Source: a virus. From it: a stretch of DNA of 64,000 nucleotides. The DNA is taken from positions 63,428 to 127,427 of IMG/VR virus record IMGVR_UViG_3300045988_183505, one strand, 5' to 3'. Of the stretch, positions 27,357 to 35,475 are shown piece after piece; the first letter of the stretch is position 1, and every line of letters begins with the position of its first letter. The notes beneath the pieces are model-generated. The model did no database searches and was not told where the DNA came from. It saw only the letters and a program-made list of their open reading frames with translations. A program made the translations under genes and the position numbers.

Positions 27357-27761
27357 TCATGCTTCTCCCTCACATTTCAGCTGATAGCGAACGTCCTCAA
27401 TCACCCTGTCGATTTCATTTGTGCCAACAGCTCGCAGAACTGTATGCCACTCGTCATCGCCAAGAGGTTTCAGTGTTGACATCTTCAAGGAACGCTCTTT
27501 CAGCTGTTCCTGAACCATCGTCAGCACCTGCTCCGCAAGGTTCAGAGCTTCCGGAGAAATATCTCTCGGAACGACAAGTTCTCTTTTGAACGGAACATTC
27601 TTCATGCCCATCATTGTTCGCCCACAATTTGCACAAGGTTCAAGACTGTATGCAAAGAAAGTGTGTTCGTGTCCGCAGACACTGCAACGGCACAATACTC
27701 CAGTACAGTTGCCGTGGTTGCCGTTGTTTTTACCTACCCAATACGCTTCTGTTTCAATCAC
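27357..27761 (-). CDS. zinc-ribbon hypothetical protein
   Basis: CSVCGHEH ... CANCG. 134 aa. Confidence 0.55.
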   Translation of the reverse strand: MIETEAYWVGKNNGNHGNCTGVLCRCSVCGHEHTFFAYSLEPCANCGRTMMGMKNVPFKRELVVPRDISPEALNLAEQVLTMVQEQLKERSLKMSTLKPLGDDEWHTVLRAVGTNEIDRVIEDVRYQLKCEGEA

Positions 27762-28074
27762 GAATTTTCATTCCTTTCATTTTTCCACTGAGGATATTTT
27801 TGATAAGCCAGTCATATCCTGCGAATCCGGCAGAGTTCTTTCTGGCTTTCTGTGCTTCGGCAGCAGTTACGATGTCAACCCGAATGCTCGCCCTCCAGCC
27901 ATCGCCGAAGTCATGAACGAAGTAGTGCTTATCCAGCTTCTCATACTTCTCAATGTCAGCCTTTCTCCGAAATGTCTTGCAGACTGTATGGCTTCGTTCA
28001 TCACCAGACCATCTGCCATTCCAGCTTCCGCAGTTGGGCATTCTAAGTGTGAATTTCAGAACCATATCTCCCAC
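27754..28074 (-). CDS. hypothetical protein
   Basis: 106 aa, 8-nt overlap with the downstream gene. Confidence 0.55.
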   Translation of the reverse strand: MGDMVLKFTLRMPNCGSWNGRWSGDERSHTVCKTFRRKADIEKYEKLDKHYFVHDFGDGWRASIRVDIVTAAEAQKARKNSAGFAGYDWLIKNILSGKMKGMKIRD

Positions 28075-28174
28075 TCTCCTTATCTTTTAGCCTGTCAGCG
28101 GACTTGTGACCGCTTGTCAGTCGCATTACTTGCAACCGACATTCGTGTCGGTCGCAATCACTCTGCGTTGCAGG

Positions 28175-28375
28175 TTACTTTCTCAGAACAGAAACAACAT
28201 CATGCAGGCTGTCCGAAACCTTTGCAATCAGTTCCTTTGTTTCCGGTGTCATCGGAATGTCCGGTTCGCAATACTCATAGAATGAGCATTCCGTTCCATA
28301 GCTGGCACAATAGTCGATGTAGTGCTGTGCCATTCTTACAACATTCTCCCTTGCTTCCTGATATGTTTCACTCAT
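28175..28375 (-). CDS. hypothetical protein
   Basis: 66-aa ORF in the array. Confidence 0.45.
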   Translation of the reverse strand: MSETYQEARENVVRMAQHYIDYCASYGTECSFYEYCEPDIPMTPETKELIAKVSDSLHDVVSVLRK

Positions 28376-28385
28376 AAAAATCCCC

Positions 28386-28634
28386 TCACTTGCGATATTC
28401 TTTCAATTCTTTCGCTTTCCACGTTGCACTGTCACTATCACATCTCTGAATCGTCACATTAAGAATCTTTCTGATTGCATCACTTTCTGTACGTCCAAGG
28501 ACTACAGCCACTGCACCGCTTTCTTCCGGAACACTGATTACTTCATCGTAAGCTGCACAAGCATACACGATGCTTTCTATTTTTTCATTGTAACGAAATA
28601 GGTCAATTGCAAAAATTTTCATCAATAACACCAT
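28386..28634 (-). CDS. hypothetical protein
   Basis: 82 aa, first gene after cassette A. Confidence 0.5.
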   Translation of the reverse strand: MVLLMKIFAIDLFRYNEKIESIVYACAAYDEVISVPEESGAVAVVLGRTESDAIRKILNVTIQRCDSDSATWKAKELKEYRK

Positions 28635-28656
28635 ACCTTCCGGTTATTTATGTGTG

Positions 28657-28735
28657 CCTTACATTATTTATTATACAATATCTAGCGGTAGATATATTGT
28701 GGTTTATCTTTCTAGTCCGTAAACCTTTTGTAAAC
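28657..28735 (-). promoter_or_regulatory. class-2 promoter/operator cassette (copy A)
   Basis: Minus strand reads GTTTACAAAAGGTTTAC ... CACAATATATCTACCGCTAGATAT-TG-TATAAT ... AATGTAAGG. The palindrome is ATATCTA-ccgc-TAGATAT. Confidence 0.65.
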
Positions 28736-28747
28736 GATACACATAAG

Positions 28748-28775
28748 AAAAACTGCCTATCCAGAAGATAGACAG
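28748..28775 (-). terminator. Rho-independent terminator after the HEPN gene
   Basis: Minus-strand RNA reads CUGUCUAUC-uucug-GAUAGGCAG + UUUUU. One pair is G.U, so it forms only on the minus strand. Confidence 0.7.
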
Positions 28776-28812
28776 TAATAAGCCTCGGCATTATTTGTAC
28801 TAAAAAAACGGC

Positions 28813-29418
28813 TTATTTGCCGTATTCTTTATCATCTCGATGCTTTTTCTTTGAATGTTCTGTTTTATCAGGATTTTCCTTATGAGTGAATGACTTTTTC
28901 CAATTAGAGTTTTTGTCATTAAGATATATTTTGCCGGCTTCTTTCATTTGAATCTTTGCGTGTTGGTGTATTTCCTCTTTTCCAACATGATGCTCCTGCA
29001 TATACGCATTTTCCAATTCATATAATAGGTTTTTTGCGTTCTTCATCAAAATGTAGACATCAGGTTTTGAAATTGTCTTATTCCCATATCGCATACCGTT
29101 AAACGCTGACAGAGTAAAAGCATTGTCAGCAATAAAAGGGTGCTTTTGAATAAAGCCAGCAGAGAATCGCTCTGCCTGTAGCAGCAAATGCTCCATGTTG
29201 TGAGCATACATTGTATCTTGCGATACCGGCTCTGTTGCCTTTTCCCGAATCACTGCTTTTACACTTTTTTCGATTGCCTGTGAAAAATGATACGCTGCCA
29301 TGCCAATCATAATCGGATTATCCTTGTCGTGCATAGCACTAAGCCCTACGGTAATATCAGCCCTTACCAGTTCTAAATCCTTTGCACTTACCGCCATATC
29401 AGCACCGCTCCTTATCAT
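28813..29418 (-). CDS. HEPN-domain protein
   Basis: AKDLELVRADI...AAYHFSQAIEKSVKAVI...HNMEHLL...NGMRYGN fits the HEPN helix pattern. Lys/His-rich C-tail. Confidence 0.65.
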   Translation of the reverse strand: MIRSGADMAVSAKDLELVRADITVGLSAMHDKDNPIMIGMAAYHFSQAIEKSVKAVIREKATEPVSQDTMYAHNMEHLLLQAERFSAGFIQKHPFIADNAFTLSAFNGMRYGNKTISKPDVYILMKNAKNLLYELENAYMQEHHVGKEEIHQHAKIQMKEAGKIYLNDKNSNWKKSFTHKENPDKTEHSKKKHRDDKEYGK

Positions 29419-29815
29419 AAATGGTGTAGAATCGTCCTTCTTCCAACTCTCTCAGCAGCTCGTTCTGCAACCCGATAATCACATCGTCTCCGGCAATCAG
29501 GTCTTCATCAAAGTCGTATGTGACATCATTCTGGATAAATGAGAAGATTTCATCATCTGTTTCCATACGCTCCAGTGTACCTTTTGCCAGCGGAGAACGT
29601 ACTAAAATATGAGGCTTTCCAGTCTCATAGGTCAATGCCGGTAAATACCAGATACCAGTCACATTCTTCGGGTTCAGTTTATGCCGGTTCTGCTCTGTTC
29701 TGTTCAGAAGTGTTTCCTGTAAGTCAATGAATTTTTCTTCCAGCTTTTCATTCAGCTCCATTTCAGAGTAATATGGAGCTTGCAGCACTGCCAGTTTAAT
29801 AGCGATTTCGTTCAT
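29399..29815 (-). CDS. hypothetical protein overlapping the HEPN gene
   Basis: The ATG at 29815 (MNEIAIKL) follows AAAGGAA. 20-nt overlap with the HEPN start. No nucleotidyltransferase motif seen. Confidence 0.55.
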   Translation of the reverse strand: MNEIAIKLAVLQAPYYSEMELNEKLEEKFIDLQETLLNRTEQNRHKLNPKNVTGIWYLPALTYETGKPHILVRSPLAKGTLERMETDDEIFSFIQNDVTYDFDEDLIAGDDVIIGLQNELLRELEEGRFYTIYDKERC

Positions 29816-29892
29816 GCTCTTATTCCTTTCTGTGAGATACCACAACTATTTTCCACTATACAGCATTGTTCTATGCAATTTTACCACTTCAA

Positions 29893-30078
29893 TCAGTATT
29901 CCGAAATGTATACCTCATGTTCAGCTTTCGCTAAGTTCATAATGCAATAGATATTCAAGATTTCAAAAGAACCGCCGGTATCTAACGGATTATAGCCTTC
30001 GGGAAGAATATATACCTCTGCATTTTCATCACATTGCTGCAATTGCTCAATCATTTCTTTTACCTTCATTGTAAACAA
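29893..30078 (-). CDS. hypothetical protein
   Basis: 61-aa ORF in the array. Confidence 0.45.
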   Translation of the reverse strand: MFTMKVKEMIEQLQQCDENAEVYILPEGYNPLDTGGSFEILNIYCIMNLAKAEHEVYISEY

Positions 30079-30086
30079 TCCACCTT

Positions 30087-30467
30087 TCAGATTTCACGTC
30101 TTGCCCAGCACTCGAAGCACATCTTTCCCTTCGATGTACTTATCCCCAGTTCTTTATATTCTCCGCACACACAGCACTTCCCCAGCAAGCTTTCCCGATA
30201 CCATTTGCCGTCTTCTTTCTGGATAAACTTGTGCTTATAGTTCCGCATGATTTCCGGAACATTCCCGATGTATGTCACCACTCTCGCTTCATAAAGAATC
30301 CCATTGGAACAATCTACGAAAACCACGTTTTTGTTCTGTGCCTGAACATCTTCCTTCACTTTGCTCAGAAGCTGCTCCATCTCTCGTCTTGTCATTGCAG
30401 AGATGAATCTGTCATTGCTTTCGCAATTCTCATAGATGCTTCTGCCGTTGCAGCTTGACTTTTTCAT
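30087..30467 (-). CDS. hypothetical protein (Cys-rich C-terminus)
   Basis: 126 aa with CCVCGEY...CFEC. Confidence 0.55.
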   Translation of the reverse strand: MKKSSCNGRSIYENCESNDRFISAMTRREMEQLLSKVKEDVQAQNKNVVFVDCSNGILYEARVVTYIGNVPEIMRNYKHKFIQKEDGKWYRESLLGKCCVCGEYKELGISTSKGKMCFECWARREI

Positions 30468-30478
30468 AGCCGTCTCCT

Positions 30479-30991
30479 TTATCGGTCACTTTCTGCCGTG
30501 ACTTCTTCCGCAAAATCACGAACTTTTTCTCTTAATTCCCTTTGATGGCTGTTGTCACAAACCAGAATTGTGATGTCCTCATCGTTGAACACTTCGATGA
30601 TGATGGAAAGCACAACCTTCCACGGCATCTTGTCAAGTCCTGCTCCGATTTTCGGCATAGCCAACATCTTGATTCTCTGTTCTTTTGCCTGTTCTCTTAA
30701 ATCGAGCAAGGCATTTCTCATGGTTTCCTCAGTCGGCTTGTGGAAGTAGTTCCGTTTCGTTACCAGATTGAACACTCTGCCGTCCTGTACACAGAAACCC
30801 TTTGTCCAAGAGCCGTCCCATTCTGCAACCACGTTGCCGTATCTCTTTTTCAAATTTTCCTTTACATTGAAGTGCTTATTGAACTGAACCGCAATGCCTG
30901 CTCCCATAGCAAAATCAGCACTGATGCACTGCACCAGATAGTAGCTGCTTGGCACACAAAACAAGTCACATTCTTCATATTTGTAAATCAT
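30479..30991 (-). CDS. TARG1/OARD1-like macrodomain (ADP-ribose glycohydrolase)
   Basis: CDLFCVPSSYYLVQCISADFAMGAGIAVQFNKHF and NLVTKRNYFHKP...MPKIGAGLDKMPW align with human TARG1 (LAHCISEDCRMGAGIAVLF; ITKKRASHKP; MPRIGCGLDRLQW). This includes the catalytic Lys and Asp positions. Confidence 0.8.
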   Translation of the reverse strand: MIYKYEECDLFCVPSSYYLVQCISADFAMGAGIAVQFNKHFNVKENLKKRYGNVVAEWDGSWTKGFCVQDGRVFNLVTKRNYFHKPTEETMRNALLDLREQAKEQRIKMLAMPKIGAGLDKMPWKVVLSIIIEVFNDEDITILVCDNSHQRELREKVRDFAEEVTAESDR

Positions 30992-31009
30992 GTTTTCTCC
31001 TTTCAAGAA

Positions 31010-31249
31010 TCAATCGTACTTCCACTCTTTTGACAGACATCTGTACCAGTAGTAAGAGCTGCTTTCCTCTGGAATCGACTTTGGCATAGAAGTTGCAAAT
31101 CCATCGTCTGAACAATAAATTTCCGGATTGTCTGATACCTTAACAGCCAATCCGACCAGCTCCAAATCGCCCTGAATCATGTTCAGAAAATGGCACAGCT
31201 GCAAGTCGTTCAAATTTCGGATTTTATCTAAAATTGTCATAATTATCAC
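31010..31249 (-). CDS. hypothetical protein
   Basis: 79-aa ORF in the array. Confidence 0.5.
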   Translation of the reverse strand: MIIMTILDKIRNLNDLQLCHFLNMIQGDLELVGLAVKVSDNPEIYCSDDGFATSMPKSIPEESSSYYWYRCLSKEWKYD

Positions 31250-31284
31250 CTCTCATTTTTCAACAAAATCAAACTTTTTGTATG

Positions 31285-31563
31285 TCATGTAGTTTCAGGC
31301 ATATCAATCTCAATGCCATTCAATATCGTTTTTTGTTCAGCTTGAAGTGCATCATATAATTTATTGAATGCCAAAGCTGCATCGAGTGATAATTCGGATA
31401 TTGTTCTGTCCTGAGAACGACAGATTTGAGAATGAAGTTCACTGATATTGCGATACAATGTTTTTGCAGTGTACATTAACTCTGTGATTGCTTGTAAGTT
31501 CTGAAAGTCTTCGTTATCCATACCGTAAAAAATATCAAAATGTTTCATAACAAACACTTCCAA
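31285..31563 (-). CDS. hypothetical protein
   Basis: 92-aa ORF in the array. Confidence 0.5.
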   Translation of the reverse strand: MEVFVMKHFDIFYGMDNEDFQNLQAITELMYTAKTLYRNISELHSQICRSQDRTISELSLDAALAFNKLYDALQAEQKTILNGIEIDMPETT

Positions 31564-31578
31564 TCAATAATCAATGTT

Positions 31579-31941
31579 TCATACCGCTGGCTCTGCATCA
31601 ACAGGCGGTTCTGCATCAGCCACGCCCTGCATTGCCTGCTCCATCTTCTGCCGCAGATAATATCGCATATCTTCTCTGATTGCCTTTGTTGCAACGATAT
31701 GCTTTACGTCTGATGCAACCTCAGTCATCATGCTGTCCACGATTTTCTTTGCAATCAGCTGTTCGATATTTTCAGTCAGATACCGCTTGATTTTTTCCAT
31801 ATCAACGTGCTTGTAAACGTCTTCGATAACCTCGTCAGGCAGCATAAACTTTTTGAACTGCACAGTGTTATACCGTCCGATGTCATGGATAACAGCATTC
31901 TCCACTGCTTCTACGATTCTTTCTTCAAATGTCATAATCAT
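31579..31941 (-). CDS. hypothetical protein
   Basis: 120-aa ORF in the array. Confidence 0.55.
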   Translation of the reverse strand: MIMTFEERIVEAVENAVIHDIGRYNTVQFKKFMLPDEVIEDVYKHVDMEKIKRYLTENIEQLIAKKIVDSMMTEVASDVKHIVATKAIREDMRYYLRQKMEQAMQGVADAEPPVDAEPAV

Positions 31942-31953
31942 CGCTCCTTTGTT

Positions 31954-32172
31954 TTACTTCTGGTCAATGGTCGGTCTTTCTTCATAAGCGGAGCAGGTCA
32001 TCTTCATTTCTCCGCTTGTCATATCAATGTTTGTGGTCTTCGGGATTGTACAAAGGCACATTACATTGTTCTTTCCATGTTGCGAAATAACCATTCCGTT
32101 GTTCATGAGAAGAACCGTGTCGCCACTTGAAACATTCGCCCATTTACATTTTTTACAATTCACATTGAACAC
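31954..32172 (-). CDS. hypothetical protein
   Basis: 72-aa ORF in the array. Confidence 0.45.
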   Translation of the reverse strand: MFNVNCKKCKWANVSSGDTVLLMNNGMVISQHGKNNVMCLCTIPKTTNIDMTSGEMKMTCSAYEERPTIDQK

Positions 32173-32638
32173 CCCTTATATTCATTTTTGCACCGCAGTA
32201 CGGACAATACGGCGTTTTCACGATTGCAGTGAAAAAACTTCCGCAATGTCCACACACCAGAAAGTTTCCCATGAGTGTTTCACGCCGTTCCCATTTTGCA
32301 TGAATCACAGGCTGAATATCTTCCACCGCTGCATTGTCTATCTGTTCCAGTATCTCCAAATCATTGGGGTAAAACTTGCGTATCACAGCTTTCAGCTTGT
32401 CAACGTCAATATACCGGACAGTCTTGTCTTCATACGGTTCAAGGATTTTAGCAAACGGAGAATTTTCAAGAAAAGAATTGTCGTCATCTTCGTCCTCTGG
32501 TAGCACTTCACCAGAAACGACTTCATAATAGCAGTCTGCCCTGCCATAAAGGTCTGCCTTTCGTGTAATCTTGATTACATTTCCAGTGTATCGGCAGTTG
32601 CCACCAACCCTATACTTTTTGCCAACCTCAATTTTCAT
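32153..32638 (-). CDS. zinc-ribbon hypothetical protein
   Basis: The ATG at 32638 follows AAGGAGAG. C-terminal CGHCGS...CPYCGAKM. Confidence 0.55.
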   Translation of the reverse strand: MKIEVGKKYRVGGNCRYTGNVIKITRKADLYGRADCYYEVVSGEVLPEDEDDDNSFLENSPFAKILEPYEDKTVRYIDVDKLKAVIRKFYPNDLEILEQIDNAAVEDIQPVIHAKWERRETLMGNFLVCGHCGSFFTAIVKTPYCPYCGAKMNIRGVQCEL

Positions 32639-32837
32639 GTGCTTTCTCTCCTTCATCTTCCAAGGCACTTACAGCCGGAGCATTGGCAATATCATCAATC
32701 ACCTTTTCCAGAAGCTTTATTCGTGCATCTGCACACTTCGCTTCTTCTCCTGCTAAAGCATTACGGAACGCCATCAGCCGTTTCAGCAATGCCTTTTCCT
32801 TTTCCAGCAGCTTTTCTGCATCAATATACTTACTCAT
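32628..32837 (-). CDS. hypothetical coiled-coil protein
   Basis: 69-aa ORF in the array. Confidence 0.5.
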   Translation of the reverse strand: MSKYIDAEKLLEKEKALLKRLMAFRNALAGEEAKCADARIKLLEKVIDDIANAPAVSALEDEGEKAHEN

Positions 32838-32861
32838 TTTTCTTTCTCCTTTAATGTCACT

Positions 32862-33191
32862 TTACGCATTCGCTACAGCTTTCGCCCAGCTTGTCACATC
32901 TGCGATGCACAAGTTTGCTTCTCTCAGTGAGAACTCTGCATGGTATGCAGGAGCATTTGCTTTTGTTTCTCCACCGAAGAAGTGTTCCTTTGCAAGCAGG
33001 CGGTAAACGTCATCTCGCTTCTCAACGTGACACAGAAACATCTTCCTCTCTGCATCTACGTCCATGTAAATCATGATGTCCTCGCACCGTCTGACAGCAT
33101 CTTCAATCCGCTTGCTGTTGCTTTTTGTGATAACGAATTTTCCCAGAGTGTTCCGGTACATATACAATACATTTTTCACACGATTGCTCAT
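32862..33191 (-). CDS. hypothetical protein
   Basis: The ATG at 33191 (MSNRVKN) lies downstream of cassette B. The ORF-track start at 33305 would run through the promoter. Confidence 0.55.
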   Translation of the reverse strand: MSNRVKNVLYMYRNTLGKFVITKSNSKRIEDAVRRCEDIMIYMDVDAERKMFLCHVEKRDDVYRLLAKEHFFGGETKANAPAYHAEFSLREANLCIADVTSWAKAVANA

Positions 33192-33224
33192 ACGATTCAC
33201 GCCTTTCTCTCGGTGTCTTAACGA

Positions 33225-33303
33225 CCTTACATATACTATTTTATCATATCTTACAGTAGATATATTGTGCTTTACTTTTCTGATTGGTAAACCTTTTGTA
33301 AAC
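33225..33303 (-). promoter_or_regulatory. class-2 promoter/operator cassette (copy B)
   Basis: Minus strand reads TTTACAAAAGGTTTAC ... CACAATATATCTACTGTAAGATA-TGATAAAAT ... TATGTAAGG. Confidence 0.65.
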
Positions 33304-33322
33304 ATCGGAAATTGCAGTGTAA

Positions 33323-33709
33323 TTATGATTCGCTGTACCCATTGTTTTTCAAGAAAGAGTTTGCAACGTCTTCCTGATTCTCAAATAACAAATGCGGTCT
33401 TAGACAAGGCTCTGCATAAGGGACATTGAGTTCGATTGTTGTATCTTCGTCCACTTTCTTTATCTTTGAAATGATAAAATCGAAATCGTCATAACAGCAA
33501 TCTCTGAACAAAAGAGATGGTTCTCCTCGAAACAATTCCATACAGCCAACATTCACCAAGCCATAATCACTATCCATGTGTACCCCATATATCTTTGACT
33601 TTTTAATGTTTGGATATAGCAACAGAATACGATTATGCTTCTTTTCAGCATAATGCGTTTTATATCCATTTTCTCGGTAAAGGCTTTCTATTCTTCTGAA
33701 CGTATTCAT
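33323..33709 (-). CDS. hypothetical protein
   Basis: The ATG at 33709 (MNTFRRIE) follows AAAGGAA. Confidence 0.55.
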   Translation of the reverse strand: MNTFRRIESLYRENGYKTHYAEKKHNRILLLYPNIKKSKIYGVHMDSDYGLVNVGCMELFRGEPSLLFRDCCYDDFDFIISKIKKVDEDTTIELNVPYAEPCLRPHLLFENQEDVANSFLKNNGYSES

Positions 33710-33802
33710 GTTTTTCCTTTCTGAACGATGCAATGTGTGCTGGCAAATAAAAAGTGGAATAAATGCTATGTGCATCACTCCACTTCTCGTGCTTTCGTAT
33801 TC

Positions 33803-34606
33803 TCAAAAAAGTTGAATGTGTTTCAGTCCTTTTTCAATGTCAAAGTCCGGATAAGGCTCTCTCTTACTCAGATTCCGGAGCAGGTCTTCACATTCCAGAA
33901 TGTTGTTCATAAGAACCGACACATCTTCCTTCAATTCTGCCAACAGCTGATTGGGAGATGCTTCTCTCCATTCGCCCCACCGTTGGCAAGGGTTACGGTC
34001 TATTTCAGAATGGTCTTTTCTGCCGTAGGTGTCTGTCGCAATAGCGATTCTCTCAGCAATTTCAGCAACAGTCTTATCACCCTCATTGGCTACAGAATAA
34101 TTGACTGCAAAGCTATTTGTCTGTGCTGTGTTCTCCTCAGAGAATGCAAGGCGGTCTGCTGCCAGTCTGCAATTCCAGTCATCATTGTCGAAAGAACCAC
34201 GCTTTTTTGCTCTCTTAAATCGAACTTCTTCTGATGCGTTTACTCGCACTACAAAGCAATCATACTTTCCGAAGTAGGAAACATAATCCTTTGCTCCCTG
34301 CACATCTACGACAGCCACATATTCCTGCTCTGGATTCAGCTGCATTTTAGGCGTTCCATAATATCTGACATCTTCTTTACCATTCCAAATCGTGTTACAG
34401 GAGCGATACTCAAAGAATCGTCCCTCAGTGATACCTTTTTCAAATTCCTTTCTGGAGATAAAGTTGTAGTCCTTGCCGTTGACCTCTCCCTTACGCATCG
34501 GACGTGTAGTGGTTGTCACGATTTCACGGAATCCGTGATTCGCAACCAGTTCTCTCAGAATTGCATCTTTGCCACTTGCAGACATTCCTATCAGTATCGT
34601 CAACAT
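33803..34606 (-). CDS. guanylate-kinase-like nucleotide kinase with a C-terminal extension
   Basis: P-loop GMSASGKD followed by TTTTRPMRKGEVNGKDYNFISRKEFE, the GK signature TTRxxRxGExxGxDYxF. About 80 extra C-terminal residues. Confidence 0.7.
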   Translation of the reverse strand: MLTILIGMSASGKDAILRELVANHGFREIVTTTTRPMRKGEVNGKDYNFISRKEFEKGITEGRFFEYRSCNTIWNGKEDVRYYGTPKMQLNPEQEYVAVVDVQGAKDYVSYFGKYDCFVVRVNASEEVRFKRAKKRGSFDNDDWNCRLAADRLAFSEENTAQTNSFAVNYSVANEGDKTVAEIAERIAIATDTYGRKDHSEIDRNPCQRWGEWREASPNQLLAELKEDVSVLMNNILECEDLLRNLSKREPYPDFDIEKGLKHIQLF

Positions 34607-34665
34607 AAATCATTCCACCTTTTTATTTGTTCCTTACCGTTGGTTTTCGTTTGTTTTCGTTTCTT

Positions 34666-35250
34666 TCAGACATGAAATTCAGTCTTTACAAGCCAGTATG
34701 TTTCAGCCTTTTTCAAATTTTTCTCACGCTCTGCACGTTCCATGCTACGACGCTTATCAATCAAGACAATTGCTTTTTCTTTCAATGCCTTGATTCTTTT
34801 CTGTGTTGTTTCCGGTCTGAGGTCTTTTCTGCATACCGGACAAATATTCGGACAAATATTCGACCGCAGATATTTCAGTGCAATTTTTGAACCGCAGTTC
34901 TTACAGCCAACAGTTGCACTCTTATGATTTCCAAAATGAAACGCTTCGTTCAATGTACGATAAGCCACAATTGCCTGTCTTGCCTTTTCTGTAGTGTTTT
35001 CCAGAGCCTTGGAAGGCACGAAGTCATTCTGATACTTGAACTGAACCGCAACCTGTCTGTAAAAGCCACCCAGATTATTCAGATATTTCTCGGCATCTTC
35101 TCTGCTGTCAAAGCAACGATTCTGCCACTCGATGCTTGTGATTGGCTCATGGTAATCACCGTCACGTTCTGCACGAGCAGAAACCATTGCAAGAATCCGT
35201 TCTTTGCTTGTTGTCACCTTAAAATCGTCATGATGAATTTCGTGTCCCAT
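34666..35250 (-). CDS. hypothetical protein with a zinc ribbon
   Basis: 194 aa with CKNCGS...CPNICPVC. First gene after promoter f. Confidence 0.55.
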   Translation of the reverse strand: MGHEIHHDDFKVTTSKERILAMVSARAERDGDYHEPITSIEWQNRCFDSREDAEKYLNNLGGFYRQVAVQFKYQNDFVPSKALENTTEKARQAIVAYRTLNEAFHFGNHKSATVGCKNCGSKIALKYLRSNICPNICPVCRKDLRPETTQKRIKALKEKAIVLIDKRRSMERAEREKNLKKAETYWLVKTEFHV

Positions 35251-35300
35251 AATTCAAAACTCCTTATTTTTTGTTTGGTTTCTTGTACCTTACATATATT

Positions 35301-35329
35301 ATTATAGCATTCTGTATAGCCGTTGTCAA
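35301..35329 (-). promoter_or_regulatory. class-1 consensus promoter (copy f)
   Basis: Minus strand reads TTGACA-ACGGCTATACAGAATGC-TATAAT, then ATATGTAAGG. Confidence 0.75.
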
Positions 35330-35408
35330 TACATTACAAGCAAATAACGAGTTTTTCTGCATTTTTCACAAATATCAACTTTTTGATTTGTATATACATT
35401 TTTCCAAG

Positions 35409-35438
35409 AAAAAACCACCAGCAGATTTTGCCGGTGGT
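35409..35438 (-). terminator. Rho-independent terminator after the dockerin gene
   Basis: Minus-strand RNA reads ACCACCGGC-aaaaucu-GCUGGUGGU + UUUUU(U), with one G.U pair. Confidence 0.7.
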
Positions 35439-35475
35439 CTTCTCTCTATTGAATTTTTGTAGGGTATGTCTTAAA

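Noticed and set aside
34838-34861. 12-bp direct duplication ggacaaatattc x2
   Set aside because: It is in-frame inside CDS 34666-35250 (NICPNICP). A trivial slippage duplication with no evident regulatory role.
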